Virus record (IMG/VR): IMGVR_UViG_2663762839_000011
Location: 1 to 5,048 of that record
DNA length: 5,048 nucleotides
Direction: 5' to 3' (one strand)
Source of the DNA: a virus
Taxonomy: Duplodnaviria > Heunggongvirae > Uroviricota > Caudoviricetes
In this document: positions 1 through 5,048 of the stretch, in pieces
Position numbering within the stretch: the first letter of the stretch is position 1
Layout: each line of letters starts with the position of its first letter
Translations under genes and position numbers: made by a program
Notes under the pieces: model-generated
What the model was told of the DNA's origin: nothing
Databases searched by the model: none
The model's input: only the letters and a program-made list of their open reading frames with translations

Positions 1-140
1 CATTGGGAAAAGTTGAGCTATATCTAAATTTACAAAATTGGATGTTATAGAAATCGAGGTTTCAACTAGGCATGGAACTGCAAAATTTTTAATGCCTGCA
101 CGCGAAAGTCGTTGGCGGGTCCTTTCCGGTGATCCAGATC

Positions 141-164
141 GTTACGGGGCGGCGACCTCGCGCG
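141..164. other. cos site core (cosN) of a lambdoid phage; 12-nt cohesive-end sequence GGGCGGCGACCT at 147-158
   Basis: Sequence ...ccggtgatccagatcgttacg|GGGCGGCGACCT|cgcgcgttttcactatttatga... matches from memory the junction of the lambda right end (...tttccggtgatccgacaggttacg) with the lambda left end (GGGCGGCGACCTcgcgggttttcgctatttatgaaaatttt). A Nu1-like gene begins about 215 nt downstream, as in lambda. Confidence 0.8.
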
Positions 165-374
165 TTTTCACTATTTATGAGATTTTTTGAGGGGGTGGTT
201 GTTGTTTAATTGTTTGGTATATCTAATTGATAAGTAAGGTGAAAATAAAATAAATACAACAACCTTACGATGTGTTTTGATGTCGTCAATGCGAAAAATG
301 TCAATGATATCAAATGGTTTTGCAAAAACACATGGTTGTTGTTTCGCTTTTTATCGATGACTTATGGAGAGGAG
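165..374 (+). promoter_or_regulatory. cosB-like region / AT-rich leader between cosN and the nu1-like start; presumed terminase small-subunit and IHF binding region
   Basis: Positional equivalence to lambda cosB (between cosN and the Nu1 ATG). The first ~35 nt after cosN resemble lambda, then the sequence diverges and is AT-rich. It contains the direct repeat TGGTTGTTGTTT at 196-207 and 333-344 and a partial IHF-like core (tATCAAatggTTt, about 308-320). The binding function is inferred, not demonstrated. Confidence 0.4.
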
Positions 375-836
375 ATGGCCTTTTTATTGAATAAAAGTGA
401 TATGGCCTCCTCCATCGGTATCTCTGTTCAGGCATTTGATAAATGGGGCGTTCCTCCTGTTGAACGTCGGGGGAGGGAAGTTTTATATGACGTTAAAACT
501 GTACTGGAGATAGATCGCGAGCGGCGACAACACAATCAGAGAACACCTGATGACGGGGGAGAACTGGAGGAAAGGCTGCTTCGGGCCAGAGCTGAACTGA
601 CAGAAGAACAGGCTGTAGCTCAAAAACTTAAAAATCAGGTAACCGAAGGTAAGCTCATCGATTCAGACTTCTGCGTTTTCGCCCTCAGCAAACTGGCGAT
701 GGCATTGTCCAGTACGCTTGATTCCATTCCGTTATCCATGCAGCGACAGTTCCCGGATTTAACGCCACGTCATATTGACCATCTGAAAACCCTTATTGCA
801 AAGGGCGCAAATCAGTGTGCGCGGGCAGGGGATACG
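375..836 (+). pseudogene. nu1: Nu1-like terminase small subunit (DNA packaging protein), 5' fragment lacking the C-terminal ~18 codons and its own stop codon; reads in frame into the lom upstream region
   Basis: The translation from ATG 375 (MAFLLNKSDMASSIGISVQAFDKWGVPPVERRGREVLYDV...LTEEQAVAQKLKN...DFCVFALSKLAMALSSTLDSIPLSMQRQFPDLTPRHIDHLKTLIAKGANQCA) aligns along its length with lambda Nu1 as I recall it (MEVNKKQLADIFGASIRTIQNWQEQGMPV...EVLYDS...LTRAQADAQELKN...AFCTFVLSRIAGEIASILDGLPLSVQRRFPELENRHVDFLKRDIIKAMNKAA), including the N-terminal helix-turn-helix segment. A GGAGAGGAG ribosome-binding site lies at 366-374. Homology is lost after about nt 825 and there is no stop before the lom stop at 1482-1484. 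The start is uncertain: in-frame ATGs also occur at 270, 357 and 402. Confidence 0.65.
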
Positions 837-863
837 GGCGCCAGAAATGGCGCCTTTTTTATT
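837..863 (+). terminator. Rho-independent terminator hairpin (GGCGCCA-GAAA-TGGCGCC followed by TTTTTTATT)
   Basis: Perfect 7-bp GC-rich stem at 837-843 and 848-854, GAAA tetraloop at 844-847, and a run of six T at 855-860. It lies 22 nt upstream of the lom start codon and inside the nu1-lom reading frame. Confidence 0.65.
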
Positions 864-884
864 GCAGAAAAGCGAGAGGTAATT

Positions 885-1484
885 ATGCGTAAATTATGTG
901 CTGTTATTTTGTCCGCAGTAGTCTGGCAGGTCGCCGCTGCTACGCCAGCGAGTGCAGCAGAACATCAGTCCACGCTGAGCGCGGGGTATCTCCATGCCTC
1001 GACGAACGTTCCCGGTAGTGATGATCTGAACGGGATTAACGTGAAATACCGTTATGAGTTTACGGACGCGCTGGGGCTGATTACGTCCTTCAGTTATGCC
1101 AATGCTGAGGATGAGCAAAAAACGCGCTACAGCGATACCCGCTGGCATGAAGATTCCGTGCGTAACCGCTGGTTCAGCGTGATGGCGGGGCCGTCTGTAC
1201 GCGTGAATGAATGGTTCAGCGCGTATTCGATGGCGGGTGTGGCTTACAGCCGTGTGTCGACTTTCTCCGGGGATTATCTCCGCGTAACTGACAACAAGGG
1301 GAAAACGCACGATGTGCTGACCGGAAGTGATGACGGTCGCCACAGCAACACGTCTCTGGCGTGGGGGGCTGGCGTGCAGTTTAACCCGACCGAATCCGTG
1401 ACCATTGACCTTGCTTATGAAGGTTCCGGTAGTGGCGACTGGCGAACGGATGCATTTATTGTTGGTATCGGATACCGTTTCTGA
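885..1484 (+). CDS. lom: Lom outer-membrane protein (Ail/Lom/PagC/Rck/OmpX family 8-strand beta-barrel), 199 aa
   Basis: The translation MRKLCAVILSAVVWQVAAATPASAAEHQSTLSAGYLHASTNVPGSDDLNGINVKYRYEFTD...WRTDAFIVGIGYRF has a Sec signal peptide with an ASA|AE-type cleavage site, alternating-hydrophobic beta-strand patterning, and a C-terminal aromatic residue (YRF) typical of outer-membrane beta-barrels. It closely resembles lambda Lom from memory. Ribosome-binding site GAGAGG at 874-879, 5 nt before the ATG. Stop TGA at 1482-1484. Confidence 0.9.
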   Translation: MRKLCAVILSAVVWQVAAATPASAAEHQSTLSAGYLHASTNVPGSDDLNGINVKYRYEFTDALGLITSFSYANAEDEQKTRYSDTRWHEDSVRNRWFSVMAGPSVRVNEWFSAYSMAGVAYSRVSTFSGDYLRVTDNKGKTHDVLTGSDDGRHSNTSLAWGAGVQFNPTESVTIDLAYEGSGSGDWRTDAFIVGIGYRF

Positions 1485-1589
1485 CAACAGACGCCGATTT
1501 ATCTTCTGTAAATATTGTTATGATACGCAGGTTCATCCACCTTATGGGGTGAACTGCGTTTGAGGAAACGTAAAGTTACACTGTCCTGA

Positions 1590-1622
1590 AGCCCGTGGCG
1601 TCACTGCTGCGGGCTTTTTTTA
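1590..1622 (+). terminator. Probable intrinsic terminator downstream of lom (about 10-bp stem with two G-U pairs, followed by a T7 run)
   Basis: AGCCCGTGGC (1590-1599) pairs with GCTGCGGGCT (1606-1615) around a 6-nt loop, followed by TTTTTTT at 1615-1621. It sits between the lom stop and the stf ribosome-binding site. Confidence 0.5.
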
Positions 1623-1635
1623 TTGGTGGAAAAGT

Positions 1636-4470
1636 ATGACAGTAAAAATTTCTGGCGTGCTTAAAGATGGCACAGGAAAACCAGTACAGAACTGCACCAT
1701 TGTGCTGAAGGCCAGACGAACCAGCAGCACGGTGGTGGTGAACACGGTGGCCTCTGAAAATCCGGATGAAGCCGGACGTTACAGCATGGATGTTGAGCAT
1801 GGCCAGTACAGCGTCACCCTGCTGGTTGAAGGTTTTCCGCCTTCACATGCCGGGATCATTACCGTCTATGAAGGTTCCAGACCCGGTACGCTGAATGATT
1901 TTCTCGGTGCCATGACGGAGGATGATGTCCGACCGGAGGCACTGCGCCGCTTTGAGCAGATGGTGGAAGAGGTGTCACGTAACGCCTCCGCGGTTGCACA
2001 GAACACGGCAGCCGCGAAGAAGTCAGCCAGCGATGCCAGCATATCTGCCAGTGAGGCGGCAACCCATGCGACTGATGCTGCAGGCTCAGCACGTGCAGCC
2101 AGCACATCAGCCGGGCAGGCCGCGACGTCGGCTCAGTCAGCGTCTTCCAGCGCAGGAACGGCATCAACAAAGGCTACTGAAGCATCAAAAAGTGCTGCCG
2201 CTGCAGAGTCCTCAAAAAGCGCGGTGGCTACCAGTGCCGGTGCGGCGAAAACGTCAGAAACGAATGCGGCTGCGTCACAACAATCAGCAGCCACTTCTGC
2301 ATCCACCGCGACCACGAAAGCGTCAGAAGCAGCCACTTCAGCACGGGATGCGGCGGCCTCAAAAGAGGCAGCGAAGACATCCGAAACGAACGCGAAAGCC
2401 TCGGAAACCAGCGCAGAATCCTCAAAAACGGCTGCCGCATCGTCCGCCAGTTCGGCGGCGTCATCGGCATCATCTGCGTCTGCTTCAAAAGATGAGGCGA
2501 CCAGACAGGCGTCAGCAGCAAAGGGCAGCGCCACGACGGCATCCACGAAGGCGACAGAGGCAGCTGGCAGTGCGACGGCGGCAGCTCAGAGCAAAAGTAC
2601 GGCGGAATCCGCGGCAACGCGCGCCGAGACAGCGGCAAAACGGGCAGAGGATATTGCATCCGCCGTGGCGCTTGAGGATGCGAGCACGACGAAAAAGGGG
2701 ATAGTACAGCTCAGCAGTGCAACCAACAGCACATCTGAAACGCTTGCCGCGACACCGAAGGCAGTTAAAGCAGCGAATGACAATGCGAATGGCAGGGTAC
2801 CATCTAACCGAAAAGTTAACGGGAAAGCACTGACTGCGGATATAACATTAACACCGAAAGATATTGGCACTTTAAATTCAGTAACGATCTCTTTCTCTGG
2901 CGGGGCAGGGTGGTTCAAACTGGCAACGGTTACCATGCCACAAGCGAGTTCCATCGTTTACATCGCATTGATTGGTGGCGCTGGATTTAACGTGGGGGCA
3001 CCTCAACAGGCAGGTATATCTGAACTGGCTCTACGAGCAGGCAATGGAAACCCCAAAGGGATTACCGGAGCTTTGTGGAAGCGTACAGCCGTCGGATTAA
3101 CGAATTTCGCCTGGATCAACACATCCGGCGATATATATGATATTTACGTTGAGATTGGCAATTATGCGACGAGTGTAAATATCCATTGGGATTGTACTAC
3201 AAATGCGTCAGTTTCTATTTATACCTCGCTAACATATTCAGCGAGTAAGCCTTCCAGCGTTACCGATGGTGTTGTTTATACGATGTATAGCTCACATCAG
3301 AAACCTACACCATCAGATATTGGAGCGCTGCCAACAACTGGAGGGACTATTTCAGGTCCGTTGTCTGTTACTGATGGGATCACCGGGGCACTGAAGGGGA
3401 ACGCCGATACCGCGACGAAACTTGCGGCAGACCCAAAAATTAACGGTGTTAAGTTTGATGGCTCGGCGGATATTAACCTCACGCCGGAAAATATTGGTGC
3501 ATTTGCCCGACGTTCGACGGGGGCTTATGCGGATTCGGATGGAGCCGTTCCCTGGAATGCCGAATCAGGCGCTTACAATGTCACCCGCTCTGGCGACAGC
3601 TATATTCTGGTTAACTTCTATACCGGAGTCGGAAGTTGCCGGACCCTGCAGATGAAGGCGCATTACAGAAATGGTGGTCTGTTCTACCGTTCTTCAAGAG
3701 ACGGTTATGGTTTTGAGGAAGACTGGGCAGAAGTTTATACCTCGAAAAATCTTCCACCAGAAAGCTACCCAGTCGGTGCACCAATCCCGTGGCCATCAGA
3801 TACCGTTCCGTCTGGTTATGCCCTGATGCAGGGGCAGACTTTTGACAAATCTGCTTACCCGAAACTTGCAGTGGCTTATCCGTCAGGCGTTATTCCTGAT
3901 ATGCGTGGCTGGACGATTAAGGGCAAGCCCGCCAGTGATCGAGCCGTATTGTCTCAGGAACAGGACGGCATTAAATCGCACACCCACAGCGCCAGCGCAT
4001 CCAGTACGGATTTGGGGACGAAAACCACATCGTCGTTTGATTACGGCACTAAATCCACGAATAACACCGGGGCGCATACGCACAGTCTGAGTGGCTCTAC
4101 GGGGTCTGCCGGTGATCATACTCATGGTAATGGTATTCGTTGGCCAGGAGGCGGCGGTTCTGCGTTAGCATTTTATGATGGCGGTGGGTTCACTTATGTC
4201 CAGGATTCACAGTATCAAGTAAGACCGGAGACTTCTTCCTATAGATCGTATTATCAACGTATTCAGACACAGTCAGCAGGTGCTCATACCCACTCGCTGT
4301 CTGGTACTGCAGCAAGTTCTGGCGCACATGCACATACTGTAGGTATTGGTGCGCATACGCACTCCGTTGCGATTGGTTCACATGGACACACCATCACCGT
4401 TAACGCTGCGGGTAACGCGGAAAACACCGTCAAAAACATCGCATTTAACTATATTGTGAGGCTTGCATAA
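1636..4470 (+). CDS. stf: Side tail fibre protein Stf, full length (944 aa), mosaic
   Basis: Ribosome-binding site GGTGGA at 1625-1630, ATG at 1636. The N-terminus ([62 protein letters not shown]...) closely matches lambda Stf (orf-401) from memory, followed by an Ala/Ser/Thr-rich region. The C-terminus (...[54 protein letters not shown]...[49 protein letters not shown]) matches the lambda Stf / T4 gp37-like His-x-His tip. Uninterrupted 2835-nt ORF; stop TAA at 4468-4470. Confidence 0.9.
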   Translation: MTVKISGVLKDGTGKPVQNCTIVLKARRTSSTVVVNTVASENPDEAGRYSMDVEHGQYSVTLLVEGFPPSHAGIITVYEGSRPGTLNDFLGAMTEDDVRPEALRRFEQMVEEVSRNASAVAQNTAAAKKSASDASISASEAATHATDAAGSARAASTSAGQAATSAQSASSSAGTASTKATEASKSAAAAESSKSAVATSAGAAKTSETNAAASQQSAATSASTATTKASEAATSARDAAASKEAAKTSETNAKASETSAESSKTAAASSASSAASSASSASASKDEATRQASAAKGSATTASTKATEAAGSATAAAQSKSTAESAATRAETAAKRAEDIASAVALEDASTTKKGIVQLSSATNSTSETLAATPKAVKAANDNANGRVPSNRKVNGKALTADITLTPKDIGTLNSVTISFSGGAGWFKLATVTMPQASSIVYIALIGGAGFNVGAPQQAGISELALRAGNGNPKGITGALWKRTAVGLTNFAWINTSGDIYDIYVEIGNYATSVNIHWDCTTNASVSIYTSLTYSASKPSSVTDGVVYTMYSSHQKPTPSDIGALPTTGGTISGPLSVTDGITGALKGNADTATKLAADPKINGVKFDGSADINLTPENIGAFARRSTGAYADSDGAVPWNAESGAYNVTRSGDSYILVNFYTGVGSCRTLQMKAHYRNGGLFYRSSRDGYGFEEDWAEVYTSKNLPPESYPVGAPIPWPSDTVPSGYALMQGQTFDKSAYPKLAVAYPSGVIPDMRGWTIKGKPASDRAVLSQEQDGIKSHTHSASASSTDLGTKTTSSFDYGTKSTNNTGAHTHSLSGSTGSAGDHTHGNGIRWPGGGGSALAFYDGGGFTYVQDSQYQVRPETSSYRSYYQRIQTQSAGAHTHSLSGTAASSGAHAHTVGIGAHTHSVAIGSHGHTITVNAAGNAENTVKNIAFNYIVRLA
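1990..2660 (+). repeat. Low-complexity Ala/Ser/Thr/Lys/Glu-rich segment of stf with imperfect periodic repeats (AAKTSETNA at 2242-2268 and 2368-2394, 42 codons apart)
   Basis: Protein segment ...[161 protein letters not shown]... The GC-rich repetitive GCN/TCN/ACN codons produce long spurious ORFs in other frames on both strands. Confidence 0.6.
3970..4400 (+). repeat. His-x-His repeat region of the stf C-terminal tip (predicted metal-coordinating fibre tip as in T4 gp37)
   Basis: Recurrent HxH motifs: [72 protein letters not shown]. The unit GAHTHSLSG occurs twice. Confidence 0.55.
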
Positions 4471-5048
4471 TGGCATTCAGAATGAGTGAACAAGCACGGA
4501 CCATAAAAATTTATAATCTGCTGGCCGGAACTAATGAATTTATTGGTGAAGGTGACGCATATATTCCGCCTCATACAGGTCTGCCAGCAAACAGTACCGA
4601 TATTGCACCACCAGATATTCCTGCTGGCTTTGTGGCTGTTTTCAACAGTGATGAGGCATCGTGGCATCTCGTTGAAGACCATCGGGGTAAAACGGTTTAT
4701 GACGTAGCGTCAGGGGACGAGTTATTTATTTCTGAACTCGGTCCGTTACCGGAAAATGTTACCTGGTTATCGCCGGAAGGGGAGTTTCAGAAGTGGAACG
4801 GCACAGCCTGGGTGAAGGATACGGAAGCAGAAAAACTGTTCCGGATCCGGGAGGCGGAAGAAACAAAAAACAGCCTGATGCAGGTAGCCAGCGAGCATAT
4901 TGCGCCGCTTCAGGATGCTGCAGATCTGGAAATTGCAACAGAGGAAGAAATCTCGTTGCTGGAAGCATGGAAAAAGTATCGGGTATTGCTGAACCGTGTT
5001 GATACGTCAACTGCACAGGATATTGAATGGCCAGTAGCACCTATAGGG
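4470..5048 (+). CDS. tfa: Tail fibre assembly protein Tfa (homologue of lambda Tfa / T4 gp38-type chaperone); 3' end beyond the window (193 codons present, no stop)
   Basis: ATG at 4470-4472 overlaps the stf stop (TAATG); ribosome-binding site TGAGG at 4457-4461. The translation [193 protein letters not shown] is near-identical to lambda Tfa as I recall it. It is absent from the supplied ORF track only because it lacks an in-window stop codon. Confidence 0.9.
   Translation, partial: MAFRMSEQARTIKIYNLLAGTNEFIGEGDAYIPPHTGLPANSTDIAPPDIPAGFVAVFNSDEASWHLVEDHRGKTVYDVASGDELFISELGPLPENVTWLSPEGEFQKWNGTAWVKDTEAEKLFRIREAEETKNSLMQVASEHIAPLQDAADLEIATEEEISLLEAWKKYRVLLNRVDTSTAQDIEWPVAPIG

Noticed and set aside
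1-140. Possible coding sequence or RNA gene upstream of cos
   Set aside because: No ORF of meaningful length on either strand and no tRNA-like structure noted. This is most simply the non-coding right-end region of the phage genome leading into cosQ/cosN.
700-884. Sigma70 promoter for lom (TTGCAA near 795 as a -35 element)
   Set aside because: No acceptable -10 hexamer at the right spacing; a match this weak is not reportable as a feature.
270-1484. Single 404-aa protein as listed in the ORF track
   Set aside because: It is a composite: the first 35 codons are an AT-rich leader upstream of the likely nu1 start (375), the middle is a Nu1 fragment, and the last 199 codons are lom with its own ribosome-binding site and signal peptide. 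An intrinsic terminator hairpin lies inside the frame. Annotated as separate features.
894-1487. 197-aa ORF on the minus strand
   Set aside because: Entirely antisense to lom, which has a clear signal peptide, beta-barrel character and homology. No ribosome-binding site or recognisable protein features.
1576-1800. 74-aa ORF on the minus strand
   Set aside because: Overlaps the stf start and the lom terminator. His/Arg-rich with no recognisable features; antisense artefact.
1922-2704. 260-aa Arg/Pro/Gln-rich ORF on the plus strand in an alternative frame
   Set aside because: It is the +1 frame reading of the GC-rich Ala/Ser/Thr codon repeats of stf. Extreme composition (poly-R/P/Q) and no ribosome-binding site; artefact of low-complexity sequence.
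1859-2954. Cluster of minus-strand ORFs (1859-2170, 1866-2105, 2133-2546, 2228-2659, 2586-2954)
   Set aside because: All are antisense to the repetitive region of stf. Their compositions (poly-Ala/Asp or Pro/Leu-rich) mirror the sense-strand repeats; no independent support.
1636-4470. Invertible tail-fibre segment (Gin/Cin/Pin-type shufflon with gix/cix crossover sites inside stf)
   Set aside because: I looked for the roughly 26-bp gix/cix-like inverted-repeat crossover sequence and for inverted duplicate fibre C-termini. None was found, and there is no invertase gene in the window, although one could lie downstream of tfa beyond the window end.
3750-4470. Diversity-generating retroelement target (variable repeat) at the stf 3' end
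   Set aside because: No template-repeat copy of the stf 3' region exists elsewhere in the window and there is no reverse transcriptase ORF. The internal repeats are HxH structural repeats, not a VR/TR pair.
3297-4682. Short ORFs on both strands inside the stf 3' half and tfa (3297-3482, 3422-3655, 3611-3796, 3842-4090, 3883-4125, 4190-4381, 4449-4682)
   Set aside because: All are embedded in or antisense to the strongly supported stf and tfa reading frames. None has a convincing ribosome-binding site or recognisable protein features.
4759-5040. ORFs 4759-5040 (-) and 4793-5002 (+)
   Set aside because: They lie within tfa, whose frame translates to a near-identical match of lambda Tfa; alternative-frame and antisense artefacts.

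Overview
This window reads as the late-region remnant of a lambda-like (lambdoid) prophage, with every supportable gene on the + strand. In order: a cos site whose cohesive-end sequence GGGCGGCGACCT sits at 147-158; a divergent cosB/leader; the 5' portion of a Nu1-like terminase small-subunit gene (from about 375) that loses Nu1 homology near 825 and runs in frame, with no stop codon, across a strong intrinsic-terminator hairpin into lom; lom (885-1484), a signal-peptide-bearing Ail/Lom-family outer-membrane protein; a full-length side tail fibre gene stf (1636-4470, 944 aa); and tfa, the tail fibre assembly gene (4470 to beyond 5048, cut by the window end), overlapping the stf stop in a TAATG junction. 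The whole head and tail morphogenesis block that normally lies between nu1 and lom (terminase large subunit through J) is absent, so cos and a terminase fragment sit directly next to lom-stf-tfa. The stf gene is mosaic: its N-terminal region and C-terminal His-x-His tip match what I recall of lambda Stf, while a central module of roughly 1 kb and a short insert inside the C-terminal tip do not and are visibly more AT-rich. I see no RNA genes, CRISPR arrays, IS elements or invertase crossover sites, and no evidence for a new defence system. All homology statements come from reading the translations against remembered lambda Nu1, Lom, Stf and Tfa sequences; no database search was run.
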